This document shows, piece after piece, positions 16,955-27,717 of a DNA stretch of 61,805 bases (position 1 is its first letter; each line of letters starts with the position of its first letter). Under the pieces are notes generated by a model. That model made no database searches and had not been told where the DNA came from. It saw only the letters and a program-made list of their open reading frames with translations. Position numbers and translations under genes: made by a program. Source of the stretch: a virus (lineage: Duplodnaviria; Caudoviricetes); the IMG/VR virus record IMGVR_UViG_3300030099_004395, positions 1 through 61,805 of that record. One strand, 5' to 3'.

Positions 16955-17653
16955 ATGAGTTATACATTTGGAAAAGAAGGCGGAACAACGTTTGGTATGT
17001 TAGATTGGAACGATATTTTTTCACCAAATACAACTATACCTTGGGACGATATTTTAAAAGATTTAGATACTGTTATATGTAGAATACCTTACACTATAAC
17101 AAATAATCTTGGTACTGTAAATATGGTTGCACACAGGCTTTTAACTAATTTTAAAATATATGGATATAATCATTGGCTAGGAGATGGTATTACTTTAGGT
17201 TTAAATGTTAGTACTCATGATTTTATACCAGGTGAACCAGCTAGAATATCATCAACAGCTGCACCTGGTGGAACATTCGCTAATGTTAGAGCTTGTTTTG
17301 AAAGACCATCAGGCACGCCATCAGCAAATGATGTTACTTTAGGAATATGTTTAGAAACTGTACCAGCTTTTAATTCGTCTGATTTTACAGGTAATTATGC
17401 TTCTGTATTAGTAACAGGTGTTTGTCCAGGTTTAAGAGACAATGGCTCTACAGCAATGGACTTTGGAGAAGCATTATTTGTAGATACAGATTTTATAGGT
17501 GGAAAAACTAGAGGTTGCTTTAAAACTGCTGCAAATGCTGGTGGACAAGTTGGAAGACCACTATCTTTAGATACAGATATAATTATAAATTCTAGTGGCG
17601 ATGCTGTAGATGGTTGTACAGTATTGTTATTAAACAAATCAGAAGTTTGGTAA
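16955..17653 (+). CDS. fibre-associated structural protein 1
   Basis: start moved to MSYTFG just after upstream stop; cement-like C-terminal beta domain. Confidence 0.6.
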   Translation: MSYTFGKEGGTTFGMLDWNDIFSPNTTIPWDDILKDLDTVICRIPYTITNNLGTVNMVAHRLLTNFKIYGYNHWLGDGITLGLNVSTHDFIPGEPARISSTAAPGGTFANVRACFERPSGTPSANDVTLGICLETVPAFNSSDFTGNYASVLVTGVCPGLRDNGSTAMDFGEALFVDTDFIGGKTRGCFKTAANAGGQVGRPLSLDTDIIINSSGDAVDGCTVLLLNKSEVW

Positions 17654-17662
17654 AATTTTAAT

Positions 17663-18403
17663 ATGAGCTATCAAGAACTACCTTATACTTACGGCAAAAA
17701 AACACTTAAGCAGATAAATGATATGACTGGAATGGTTGAAGGTGATACTGTTTTTAATACTACATGGGGTTTGATAGAAATATATAGTGGCACAATGTGG
17801 ACTAATTCTCAAATGATTGAAACTATTTTTATTCAAAGAAGTACAACAGGAAGTACCAATGGTCGACTAACAGCAATGCCACCTATACCACAATACGCCA
17901 GTACTTATCCAAGAGTTCAACTACAACCAATACAAGGAACTAACAATGATGAACAAAATGGATATGTAGTTATGCAAGCAGCTGATAGTTCATTTGTTAC
18001 TCCAACTAGCACTGAGATTAGAAACGCTGCTGGATATCAAATTTTAGCGGTAGCAAGTACTGATCAAGATAGAATTTTTGGTGTAACTGTTAGAGGAGTT
18101 GATGACAATGAAGAGTCTGTAGCTAGAATAGGTGTTGCTTTTATGGGTAACTGGAATGGTTATGTTACACCTAACACAAACTCAGGTGATTCTAATTTAG
18201 AAGCTGTACAAGGTTGTTTTTGTAAAATATCAAGCTCAACTACTCAAGCTGGTATGTTAGATGATAGTTTTCCTGATGCTATAAACTCTGGTAACTTTGG
18301 TCCACTTGTAAATGGTAGAAGATTACCTTTGTTTCCATCTTCAGCTTCTACAGCTCCTGATAGAAATATAGAGTTTCAAATACATCATATGGAGGTTGCT
18401 TAA
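17663..18403 (+). CDS. fibre-associated structural protein 2
   Basis: GDTVFNTT...YSGTMW fibre-like motif. Confidence 0.6.
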   Translation: MSYQELPYTYGKKTLKQINDMTGMVEGDTVFNTTWGLIEIYSGTMWTNSQMIETIFIQRSTTGSTNGRLTAMPPIPQYASTYPRVQLQPIQGTNNDEQNGYVVMQAADSSFVTPTSTEIRNAAGYQILAVASTDQDRIFGVTVRGVDDNEESVARIGVAFMGNWNGYVTPNTNSGDSNLEAVQGCFCKISSSTTQAGMLDDSFPDAINSGNFGPLVNGRRLPLFPSSASTAPDRNIEFQIHHMEVA

Positions 18404-18413
18404 AAATTAACAA

Positions 18414-19016
18414 ATGGCTTTTCAAAATTTTTTTACATACGGCGCTATAAATAGAGATACTATTACTACCTTTGTAAATGACGTTTCATTTGAACCGTTG
18501 TTTACTGGAGGTCAAACCGTTTTTGATAGAACACAAGAAAATAATATGGCTTGGATAGATAATTCAAGTGGTAAAGGTATTATGAAATCAGGTGATATGT
18601 TTACAACTAACTATGCTGGTTTTTCTGCTCCGTTTCAATTTTCTTGGGTATCACCTAGAACAGGTACTAATGATAATAGAGTTAAAGCTGGTTTAGACGA
18701 TATGGAAATAGGTGATGGTGAAGAAGTAAATAAAAGTGGAGATAGTTGTGTTGGTTTTACTTACAACTATTCTACAAGTTCTTCAGATTTACTAGCAGTG
18801 CAATTTTCTGGTGTATGTGAATTAAGAGCTACTGGCACTTTTAATCAAGGAGATTTAATTAAAGCAGATGATGCGGGAGTAGGAGCTTCAGCTGGTCAAG
18901 GTGTTTTAACTTCAACTCAAGATGATGACAACACTTTTGGAATACAATTAAATGATTATAACTATGGATCAGGTGGATATGTTTTAGCAAAAGTAAATTG
19001 CTCAGAAAAGTTCTAA
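18414..19016 (+). CDS. fibre-associated structural protein 3
   Basis: GQTVFDRT; VQFSGVCELRATGTFNQGDLI cement-like motif. Confidence 0.6.
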   Translation: MAFQNFFTYGAINRDTITTFVNDVSFEPLFTGGQTVFDRTQENNMAWIDNSSGKGIMKSGDMFTTNYAGFSAPFQFSWVSPRTGTNDNRVKAGLDDMEIGDGEEVNKSGDSCVGFTYNYSTSSSDLLAVQFSGVCELRATGTFNQGDLIKADDAGVGASAGQGVLTSTQDDDNTFGIQLNDYNYGSGGYVLAKVNCSEKF

Positions 19017-19020
19017 AAAA

Positions 19021-19037
19021 CAAGTGATTATATAAAA
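19021..19037 (+). promoter_or_regulatory. motif C copy
   Basis: CAAGTGATTATATAAAA, intergenic. Confidence 0.5.
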
Positions 19038-19062
19038 AACAATAATAATTAAATTTAATAAA

Positions 19063-19302
19063 ATGAATAAAATAAAAAAAGAAGAGCTAGAAAAAATTAA
19101 AAGTCAAGCTACTAAAACAAACCAACTACTAAATGAAGTAGGTTATTTAGAATCTAGAAAACATCAACTACTACATGATTTAGCTGGTTTGAATGAAGAG
19201 ATAGATATCTACAAGCAAGAACTAGAAAAAACATATGGTCAAGTTACTATAAATCTAGAAGACGGCAGTTTTGAAGAAATTGAAAAAGTAGAAAATGTCT
19301 AA
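19063..19302 (+). CDS. small coiled-coil protein
   Basis: ORF track; LEKTYGQVTINLEDG C-terminal motif. Confidence 0.75.
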   Translation: MNKIKKEELEKIKSQATKTNQLLNEVGYLESRKHQLLHDLAGLNEEIDIYKQELEKTYGQVTINLEDGSFEEIEKVENV

Positions 19303-19525
19303 TGTAATTAGAAAAATAAGTATAGGCTCGGATTATAAAAATGATGCTATGCATTATTCAGTTGGTCAAGAAGTTTATGGTGGTCATACTATATGTGATA
19401 TTATAGGAGATAGTAGCGATGGTGAGTATTTAATTTATATTAAAAAAAATAACGAAATATTACCATGGAAAAAATTTAATCGCAATATGGCTATAGCGGT
19501 TGAGTTTGATCTTAAATACGAATGA
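19295..19525 (+). CDS. hypothetical phage protein
   Basis: ORF track; coupled to neighbours. Confidence 0.75.
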   Translation: MSNVIRKISIGSDYKNDAMHYSVGQEVYGGHTICDIIGDSSDGEYLIYIKKNNEILPWKKFNRNMAIAVEFDLKYE

Positions 19526-20115
19526 AAAGTTTATATAACTTTCTAGTAAAACCATATGATACTAGATATAACAATGTAAAAAAAATAGATGATAAAAATC
19601 TTATTATTAATACTAGCATTGAAAATCATAGGTTTGTTAGTAAAAAAGCGGTAGTTGTTTCTACACCTACTGCTTTTGATACAGATATTAAACCAGGTGA
19701 TATAGTATACGTACATCATAATATATTTAGAAGATGGTATGATCAAAAAGGTAAAGAAAGAAATAGCTCACTTTATTTTAAAGATGACTTATACTTTTGC
19801 AGTCTTGATCAAATATATATGTATAATCAAAAGTGCCATTTAAATTATTGCTTTGTAAAACCTATAAAAGATAAATCATTTCTAAGCATAGGTAAAGAAA
19901 GAAACCATTTTGGTATATTAAAATATTCTAATAAGTCGTTAGAACGCGTAGGATTAAAACCTGGAGCACTTGTTATATTTACACCAAACTCAGAGTTTGA
20001 ATTCATTATAGAAGATGAACGACTTTATTGTATGAAATCTAATGATATAGCTTTAACTCATGAATACGAAGGAAACGAAGAAGAAAATAATCCAAGCTGG
20101 GCAAAAAGCAGTTGA
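19522..20115 (+). CDS. tandem GroES-fold-like protein
   Basis: two units: FLVKP...AVVVS...IKPGDIVY and CFVKP...GILKY...LKPGALVIF...CMKSNDI. Confidence 0.5.
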   Translation: MKSLYNFLVKPYDTRYNNVKKIDDKNLIINTSIENHRFVSKKAVVVSTPTAFDTDIKPGDIVYVHHNIFRRWYDQKGKERNSSLYFKDDLYFCSLDQIYMYNQKCHLNYCFVKPIKDKSFLSIGKERNHFGILKYSNKSLERVGLKPGALVIFTPNSEFEFIIEDERLYCMKSNDIALTHEYEGNEEENNPSWAKSS

Positions 20116-20335
20116 GGAACTAATCAAAGTAGCTAAAGAGGCTATTGTTGATTCTGGAGATGATGTGTCAGCTGATAGATTAAAAAATGCAGCTGCTACT
20201 AAAAAGTTAGCTATATTTGATGCTTTTGAAATACTAACTAGAATTCAAGAAGAAGAAGAGTTATTAAAAGAAAAACCTAAGGATAAAAAAGAAGAAAGAG
20301 TATTTAAAGGTTTTGCTGAAGGGAGGAGTAAGTGA
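20060..20335 (+). CDS. putative terminase small subunit
   Basis: small helical protein directly upstream of terminase large subunit. Confidence 0.5.
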   Translation: MNTKETKKKIIQAGQKAVEELIKVAKEAIVDSGDDVSADRLKNAAATKKLAIFDAFEILTRIQEEEELLKEKPKDKKEERVFKGFAEGRSK

Positions 20336-22554
20336 GTTACGAACAAACGCTTTGGAAAGAAGTTAAAGATGTTGTAAATCCTAAAATTATGTCTAAAAAC
20401 AATAGATATAATAAATGGGAATATGGTTATAATGCTGATTATGATTTTATAGTAATTAGTAAAAGTGGAAAAATTGGAAAGATCATTGAAATTCAAAATC
20501 TCCGTATTGCATTACCAGCAGAGCGTCAACCGTTTAAACGAAGCGAAAGCAAAGCGGAACAGTTCTGGCAAAAGCAAGAATATCCCAAAGAGTTAAGTAG
20601 GATAAAAAGTAGATTTGATTGGGACGAGTACCCAATAGATTTTAAAGAAAAATGGTTTGATTATATAGATGAAGAATTTAAACGAAGAGAGCTGGGCTAT
20701 TGGTTTTACAACGCTGGTGTTGCCACTTATATTACTGGTACTCATTACATGTATCTGCAATGGTCAAAGATCGACGTTGGAGCTCCCGATTATAGAGAGT
20801 CAAACAGACTCTTCTTCATATTTTGGGAAGCATGCAAAGCAGATAATAGATGTTATGGAATGTGCTATCTTAAAAACAGACGGAGTGGATTTTCTTTTAT
20901 GTCCTCAGCTGAACTTGTTAACCAAGCCACAATATCTAGTGATGCAAGATTCGGAATCTTATCTAAAACTGGAGCAGATGCTAAAAAAATGTTCACAGAT
21001 AAAGTTGTACCAATATCCGTTAACTATCCGTTTTTCTTCAAACCAATCCAAGATGGTATGGACCGTCCAAAAACCGAACTCGCTTATAGAGTGCCAGCTT
21101 CAAAGCTTACTAGACGAAAACTAGATGATAACGTAAAGTTAAAAGAATTACAAGGTCTTGACACAACTATAGACTGGAAAAACACGGGGGACAACTCTTA
21201 CGATGGTGAGAAATTAAAATTATTAGCACACGACGAATCAGGAAAATGGGAACGACCAGACAATATATTAAACAACTGGCGAGTTACAAAAACTACACTA
21301 AGATTAGGCCGAAGAATAGTAGGCAAGTGTATGATGGGCTCAACTTCAAACGCGTTAGATAAAGGTGGAGACAACTTTAAAAAATTATACAACGATTCAG
21401 ACGTTACAAAAAGAAATAGAAACGGACAAACAACTAGTGGACTCTATTCTCTTTTCATACCTATGGAGTGGAACTACGAAGGATTCATGGATACTTTTGG
21501 ATTACCTGTATTCACTACGCCAAAAAATCCAGTCAAAGGAATTGATAATGCATACATTGACATCGGAGTAATAGAGCATTGGCAAAATGAAGTAGATGGA
21601 TTAAAACAAGACAGTGACGGATTAAACGAATATTATAGACAGTTTCCAAGAACTGAGCAACACGCTTTTAGAGATGAAAATAAAAATACTTTATTTAATC
21701 TTACAAAGATATATGAACAGATTGATTATAATGAAGAAATGATAAATGAAAAATCTGTTACAAGAGGTAATTTTGGTTGGAACAATGGTATTGTTGATAC
21801 TAATGTTACTTTTTATCCAAACAAAGATGGTAGGTTTTTAATATCGTGGGTACCACCTGTTAATTTACAAAATAGTGTAATAGTTAAAAATGGTATTAAA
21901 TATCCTGGTAATGAACATATAGGTGCGTTTGGTTGTGATAGTTACGATATATCAGGAACTGTTGATGGTAAAGGATCTAAAGGTGCTCTTCACGGATTAA
22001 CTAAATTTTCTATGGAAGATGCACCACCAAACCACTTTTTTTTAGAATATATATCTAGACCACAAACAGCAGAAATATTTTTTGAAGACGTTTTAATGGC
22101 TTGTCATTTTTATGGTATGCCTATACTAGCTGAAAATAATAAACCTAGGTTACTTTATTATTTTAAAAGAAGAGGATATAGAGGTTTTAGTATGAATCGA
22201 CCTGATAAAGTTTGGAATAAATTATCAACAGCAGAAAAAGAAATAGGTGGTATACCTAATTCAAGTGAAGATATTAAACAAGCTCACGCAGCCGCTATAG
22301 AACATTATATAGAAAATTATATAGGTAAGTTAGAAGAAGGATATGGTGATATGTATTTTCAAGAAACTTTATCTGATTGGGCAAAATTTAATATAAACAA
22401 CAGAACAAAGCATGATGCTTCTATTAGTTCCGGTTTATGTATAATGGCTTGTAACAAAAATAGATATAGACCTACTATGGAAATTAATAAAAAACCAGTG
22501 TCTATAAATATAAAAAAATATAACAACACAGGATCTATTTCACAAATAATATAA
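20332..22554 (+). CDS. terL: terminase large subunit
   Basis: KNRRSGFS Walker A-like, LLAHDE Walker B, GSTSN motif III, nuclease FGCDSYD...HDASI; upstream of portal. Confidence 0.88.
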   Translation: MSYEQTLWKEVKDVVNPKIMSKNNRYNKWEYGYNADYDFIVISKSGKIGKIIEIQNLRIALPAERQPFKRSESKAEQFWQKQEYPKELSRIKSRFDWDEYPIDFKEKWFDYIDEEFKRRELGYWFYNAGVATYITGTHYMYLQWSKIDVGAPDYRESNRLFFIFWEACKADNRCYGMCYLKNRRSGFSFMSSAELVNQATISSDARFGILSKTGADAKKMFTDKVVPISVNYPFFFKPIQDGMDRPKTELAYRVPASKLTRRKLDDNVKLKELQGLDTTIDWKNTGDNSYDGEKLKLLAHDESGKWERPDNILNNWRVTKTTLRLGRRIVGKCMMGSTSNALDKGGDNFKKLYNDSDVTKRNRNGQTTSGLYSLFIPMEWNYEGFMDTFGLPVFTTPKNPVKGIDNAYIDIGVIEHWQNEVDGLKQDSDGLNEYYRQFPRTEQHAFRDENKNTLFNLTKIYEQIDYNEEMINEKSVTRGNFGWNNGIVDTNVTFYPNKDGRFLISWVPPVNLQNSVIVKNGIKYPGNEHIGAFGCDSYDISGTVDGKGSKGALHGLTKFSMEDAPPNHFFLEYISRPQTAEIFFEDVLMACHFYGMPILAENNKPRLLYYFKRRGYRGFSMNRPDKVWNKLSTAEKEIGGIPNSSEDIKQAHAAAIEHYIENYIGKLEEGYGDMYFQETLSDWAKFNINNRTKHDASISSGLCIMACNKNRYRPTMEINKKPVSINIKKYNNTGSISQII

Positions 22555-22557
22555 TAA

Positions 22558-24975
22558 ATGCAGATTTACACAAATAATAATAGTTCATTTCCAGATCAGG
22601 TAGTACCTGATTCAGTTAAAGAGTCTTGGGAATACGGTAAAAAAGTAGCATGGGCTATAGAAGGTGATTGGTTTAGTGGAACTAGATCTGGAGTTGAAAA
22701 CAGATTTAACACTAACTACAATAACTTTAGAATGCGAAGATTGTATTCTAGAGCTGAACAGCCAGTGCAAAAGTACAAAGATGAGTTAGCTATAAATGGT
22801 GATTTAAGTTACTTAAACTTAGATTGGAAACCTGTACCTATTATACCTAAGTTTGTTGATATTGTAGTAAATGGAATGGATGATAAGCTGTATGATGTAA
22901 AAGCATTTGCACAAGATCCAGAGTCAAGAAAATTAAGATCTAAATATGCTGAAGATATATTAAGAGATGTACAAGCTCAACAGTTTTTAAATATGCTTAA
23001 AAATGATGTTGGTTTAGATCTATACAATACAAGTAATCCTGAAGAGCTTCCTGAAAACCAAGAAGAGTTAGATTTACACATGCAGCTAAGTTATAAGCAA
23101 GCTAGTGAAATAGCTGCTGAAGAAGCAATAAATAACACTTTAGAATATAACAAGTATTATTTAACAAAACGTAGAGTTATAGAAGACTTAGTTGTATTAG
23201 GTATAGGTGCTGTAAAAACAAACTGGAATAAAGCTGAAGGCGTTACAGTTGACTATGTTGATCCAGCTAGAATGGTTTATTCATACACAGAAGATCCAAA
23301 CTTTGAAGACATGTGGTATGTTGGTGAAGTTAAAAATATTACTTTAGCTGAAATAAAAAAAGAATTTCCTAACTTAACGGATGCAGATCTTGAAAGAATA
23401 CAACAATATCAAGGCAATAGTAATTTTTTATATAACTGGAATGGTAGAAGAGATGGTAATGCTATATATGTTTTGTATTTTGAATATAAAACTTATTCTA
23501 ACCAAACTTTTAAAATTAAAAAGACTGCTACAGGTTTAGAAAAATCTTTACAAAAACCAGATACTTTTAATCCTGAAGCTAATGACAATTTTGATAGGAT
23601 TAGTAGATCAATAGAAGTATTATACAGTGGAGCTAAAATACTAGGTTATGACGAAATGCTTAGATGGGAGATGTGTAAAAACATGACTAGGCCTAAGTCA
23701 AATTTAGTTAAAGTTAATATGAATTATACTATATGTGCGCCTAAATTATATATGGGTAGAATAGAAAGTCTTGTTAGTAGAATGATGGGCTTTGCAGATA
23801 TGATTCAATTAACTCATTTAAAAATACAACAAGTAATTTCTAAACTAATACCTGATGGTGTTTATTTAGATGTTGATGGTTTAGCAGAGGTTGATTTAGG
23901 CAATGGCACCAGATATAATCCTCAAGAAGCACTTAATATGTATTTTCAAACTGGTAGTATATTAGGTAGATCAATGACTACAGAGGGAGATCCAAATCCT
24001 GGTAAAGTTCCTATACAAGAGCTACAGTCGAGTTCAGGTGGTCAAAAAGTACAATCATTAATATCTACTTATCAGTATTACTTGCAAATGATAAGAGATG
24101 TAACCGGACTAAATGAAGCTAGAGACGGTAGTATGCCTAATGCAGATTCATTGGTAGGTTTACAAAAGCTTGCAGCTGCTAATTCAAATACAGCAACAAA
24201 ACATATTTTAAATTCTTATTTATATTTAACTGTTAGAACGTGTGAAAATATAGTTAATAGAACTTCTGATTCTGTAGAGTTTGCATTAACTAATGAAGCG
24301 TTAAAAAATAGCATATCAACATGGAACGTAGGGCAACTAGATGATATGCAAGATATGCATTTATATGACTTTGGCTTATATTTGAGTTTAGTCCCTGATG
24401 AATTAGAAAAAGAACAATTAGAATCTAACATACAAGCAGCGTTACAAAGTGGTAGTATTAATTTAGAAGATGCTATAGATATTAGACAAATAAACAACTT
24501 GAAGCTAGCTAATCAAATGATTAAGCTTAAACGTAAAAAAGCTGCTGAAGCTGCTCAAGCTGCAGCACAAGCTAATATTCAAGCACAAGCTCAAGCAAAT
24601 ACAGAATCTCAACAAGCTGCTGCATTAGCTGAAGCTCAAAAACGTGAAGCAATAGCAGATACTGAAGTTAAAATTGAAAAAGCAAAAAATCAATTTGCTA
24701 TAGAAAAATTAGAAGCTGAAGCGCAAATAAAACGACAGCTGATGGAATTAGAGTTTAATTATAACATGCAGTTAGGTGAACAAAAAGTACAAAGAGAAGC
24801 TGCAAGAGAAAAAGAAATTGAAGAACGTAAAGATAAAAGAGCAAGAATTATAGGCACACAGCAAAGTGCAATTGCTAATCAAAAACAAAAAGAAGGTGAT
24901 GCAATAGATTTTGAAAATCCTGCTATTCAACAAAGTTTAGAGGATCCATTACAAAGTATATTAGATCAATCTTAA
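22558..24975 (+). CDS. portal protein
   Basis: 805 aa after terminase; PIIPKFVDIVVNG; Q/A-rich coiled-coil C-terminus. Confidence 0.82.
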   Translation: MQIYTNNNSSFPDQVVPDSVKESWEYGKKVAWAIEGDWFSGTRSGVENRFNTNYNNFRMRRLYSRAEQPVQKYKDELAINGDLSYLNLDWKPVPIIPKFVDIVVNGMDDKLYDVKAFAQDPESRKLRSKYAEDILRDVQAQQFLNMLKNDVGLDLYNTSNPEELPENQEELDLHMQLSYKQASEIAAEEAINNTLEYNKYYLTKRRVIEDLVVLGIGAVKTNWNKAEGVTVDYVDPARMVYSYTEDPNFEDMWYVGEVKNITLAEIKKEFPNLTDADLERIQQYQGNSNFLYNWNGRRDGNAIYVLYFEYKTYSNQTFKIKKTATGLEKSLQKPDTFNPEANDNFDRISRSIEVLYSGAKILGYDEMLRWEMCKNMTRPKSNLVKVNMNYTICAPKLYMGRIESLVSRMMGFADMIQLTHLKIQQVISKLIPDGVYLDVDGLAEVDLGNGTRYNPQEALNMYFQTGSILGRSMTTEGDPNPGKVPIQELQSSSGGQKVQSLISTYQYYLQMIRDVTGLNEARDGSMPNADSLVGLQKLAAANSNTATKHILNSYLYLTVRTCENIVNRTSDSVEFALTNEALKNSISTWNVGQLDDMQDMHLYDFGLYLSLVPDELEKEQLESNIQAALQSGSINLEDAIDIRQINNLKLANQMIKLKRKKAAEAAQAAAQANIQAQAQANTESQQAAALAEAQKREAIADTEVKIEKAKNQFAIEKLEAEAQIKRQLMELEFNYNMQLGEQKVQREAAREKEIEERKDKRARIIGTQQSAIANQKQKEGDAIDFENPAIQQSLEDPLQSILDQS

Positions 24976-25000
24976 TTATTAATTTATATTATATTATATT

Positions 25001-26182
25001 ATGGCAAAGAAAGAAACAGTTACTGAAGAAGGATCATTTAAAATGCCTTCTAAAAGAAACAAACCTAAACCAAAAAATTTAGGTAAAATAGATAACATAA
25101 GCAAAGTAGATTTAAAACCTAAAGAAGATGCCGTTCAAGAGCAAGAAACAAAGGAACCTGTGCTACAGTCTGATGCACAAGACGAACAGAAAAGGGAAGA
25201 GAGCAAAGTGGAACTGCAAGAAGTGGGATCAACACACGAAGAATCTAAAAGCTCTACCGAAGAGGTTAAAGAAGAAGTAACAGTAATAAATGAAAAACCT
25301 AAAGAAGTCTTAAAAAAAGAACAAGAAGTTAAAGACGCGGTTAGAGATGAACAAGTATTAGGAAGACAACTACCAGAGAATATTGAAAAACTTGTTAAGT
25401 TTATGGAAGATACTGGTGGAACTGTAGAAGATTACGTTACACTAAATAAAGATTATACACAATTTGATGACAAATTACTTGTCAGAGAATATTACAAAAA
25501 AACTAAACCACATTTGTCAGATGATGAAATATCTTTTGTAATGGAAGATAGTTTTACATATGATGAAGAAGTGGACGAAGAAAGATTTATAAAGAAGCAA
25601 AAGCTGAAATATAAAGAAGAAGTTGCAAAAGCCAAAACTTTTCTCGAAAAAATGAAAAGTAATTACTATGATGAAATCAAGTTGAGGCCATCAGTTACTA
25701 ATGAGCAGAAAAAAGCTATGGACTTTTTCAATAGATACAACAAGGAGCAGTCGCACATACAGACTAGGAGAGATGAATTTATACAAAGAACTAATAATTA
25801 TTTTCAAGACGAATTTGAAGGTTTCAATTTTGAAGTTGGAGATAAAAAGTTTAGATATAAAGTATCAAATCCTACGGAAATGGCTGATAGACAAAGTGAT
25901 GTTAGTAAGTTTATATCTAAATTCATGGATAAAGACGGTAAAGTAACAGATCTAAATGGATATCATAAAGCTATTTATGCAGCTAGAAATGCAGATAGAT
26001 TAGCGCAACATTTTTATGAGCAAGGCAAAGCCGATGCTACAAGAGAAATTGTTTCTCAATCTAAAAACATTAATAGTGAACCAAGATCATCTGAAACAGG
26101 TGAAACATTACCTAACGGTTGGAAGGTTCGAGCGATTACTGGTGCAGACTCTACTAAGTTGAAAATTAAAAAAAGAACATAA
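25001..26182 (+). CDS. putative capsid scaffolding protein
   Basis: acidic, helical; between portal and capsid genes. Confidence 0.65.
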   Translation: MAKKETVTEEGSFKMPSKRNKPKPKNLGKIDNISKVDLKPKEDAVQEQETKEPVLQSDAQDEQKREESKVELQEVGSTHEESKSSTEEVKEEVTVINEKPKEVLKKEQEVKDAVRDEQVLGRQLPENIEKLVKFMEDTGGTVEDYVTLNKDYTQFDDKLLVREYYKKTKPHLSDDEISFVMEDSFTYDEEVDEERFIKKQKLKYKEEVAKAKTFLEKMKSNYYDEIKLRPSVTNEQKKAMDFFNRYNKEQSHIQTRRDEFIQRTNNYFQDEFEGFNFEVGDKKFRYKVSNPTEMADRQSDVSKFISKFMDKDGKVTDLNGYHKAIYAARNADRLAQHFYEQGKADATREIVSQSKNINSEPRSSETGETLPNGWKVRAITGADSTKLKIKKRT

Positions 26183-26198
26183 ATAAAAATTAAACAAA

Positions 26199-27665
26199 AT
26201 GGCGTTAGTACCAGGCGGGTCGTTTCCCGCAAAAATCGTTCCTGCACAGAATAGAGTTGTAGTGCAGGATAATTACATTGATTTCAACAGCCTTGCTGGT
26301 GGACAATGGGCTCAACAATATCTACCTGAGCTTTACGAACAAGAGGTAGAAAGATACGGAAACAGAACATTATCTGGTTTCTTGAGAATGGTAGGAGCAG
26401 AAATGCCAATGACTTCTGATCAAGTTGTTTGGTCTGAGCAAAACAGATTACACATTGCTTATAACGAGGTAACTGTTACTGTTTCAGGAGCTGCACCTTC
26501 ATACACTATTGATATTACTTTACCAGCTGGAGCTACACAAGGAGCTGTTAGAACTGGAGCTACAATTTTAGTTTCTGATAATGCTACAGGTTTAAGTACT
26601 GCTAAATTTTTAGTAACTAATGTTACTGGTGGTGGATTAAATCAATTAGCTGCTAAGTGCTACGAAACTGTACCTGCTGCTTTAACTGCTGCTGGTGCTA
26701 AATGTAGTTTATTCGTATACGGTTCTGAATTTCCAAAAGGAAGTGAAGGAATGAAAGGCGCAATCGAGCCAGCTGTATCTACTTTCACTAACTCTCCAAT
26801 TATCATTAAAGATAACTACGAGTTAAGTGGATCTGATGCTGCTCAAATTGGTTGGATTGAAGTTGCTACTGAAGACGGAACTTCTGGATACCTATGGTAT
26901 TTAAAAGCTGAGTCTGAAACTAGACTAAGATACGAAGATTACTTAGAAATGGCAATGGTTGAAGGTGAGCTTTGGTCTCATGCTGCTACAGCTTTTGGTA
27001 GTGAATTTGGTCCTGCTGGTGGAACACAAGATATCAAAGGAACTGAAGGTTTATTCTCAGCTATAGAAAACAGAGGTAATGTATTCTCTGGATTTGCTGG
27101 AGCTGCTGGACCTGGTTCAGGTGCAATTGCAGACTTTGATGAGATTCTTAAAAATCTTGACAAGCAAGGTGCTATTGAAGAAAACATGCTTTTCTTATCT
27201 AGACAAACTGCTTTAGATTTTGATGATATGATTGCTGCTATGAATGGATCTTATGCGTCAGCCGCTGCTGCTTCATACGGTTTATTTGACAACGAGCAAG
27301 AAATGGCATTAAACTTTGGATTTACAGGATTTAGAAGAGGTTCTTATGACTTCTATAAAACTGACTGGAAATACTTAAACGATGCATCTACTCGTGGTTT
27401 ATCTAAGCAAATTGATGGTGTTATGATTCCTGCTGGAACATCTACAGTATACGATCAAATGTTAGGATCTAACATCAGAAGACCTTTCTTACACGTAAGA
27501 TATAGAGCGTCTGAAACTGAAGATAGAAGATTCAAAGCTTGGATCACTGGATCTGTTGGTGGTGCTTACACTTCTGACTTAGATACAATGAAAGTTAACT
27601 TCTTATCTGAAAGATGTTTAGTTACTCAAGCTGCTAACAATTTTGTATTGTTTACAGGAGCATAA
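26199..27665 (+). CDS. major capsid protein
   Basis: 488 aa; strong codon bias; position after scaffold; followed by terminator. Confidence 0.82.
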   Translation: MALVPGGSFPAKIVPAQNRVVVQDNYIDFNSLAGGQWAQQYLPELYEQEVERYGNRTLSGFLRMVGAEMPMTSDQVVWSEQNRLHIAYNEVTVTVSGAAPSYTIDITLPAGATQGAVRTGATILVSDNATGLSTAKFLVTNVTGGGLNQLAAKCYETVPAALTAAGAKCSLFVYGSEFPKGSEGMKGAIEPAVSTFTNSPIIIKDNYELSGSDAAQIGWIEVATEDGTSGYLWYLKAESETRLRYEDYLEMAMVEGELWSHAATAFGSEFGPAGGTQDIKGTEGLFSAIENRGNVFSGFAGAAGPGSGAIADFDEILKNLDKQGAIEENMLFLSRQTALDFDDMIAAMNGSYASAAAASYGLFDNEQEMALNFGFTGFRRGSYDFYKTDWKYLNDASTRGLSKQIDGVMIPAGTSTVYDQMLGSNIRRPFLHVRYRASETEDRRFKAWITGSVGGAYTSDLDTMKVNFLSERCLVTQAANNFVLFTGA

Positions 27666-27672
27666 AAATAAT

Positions 27673-27694
27673 GGAGGGTGAAAGCCCTCCTTTT
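27673..27694 (+). terminator. intrinsic terminator
   Basis: GGAGGGT-GAAA-GCCCTCC-TTTT. Confidence 0.8.
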
Positions 27695-27717
27695 ATAAAT
27701 CTTAAATAATACTTAAC

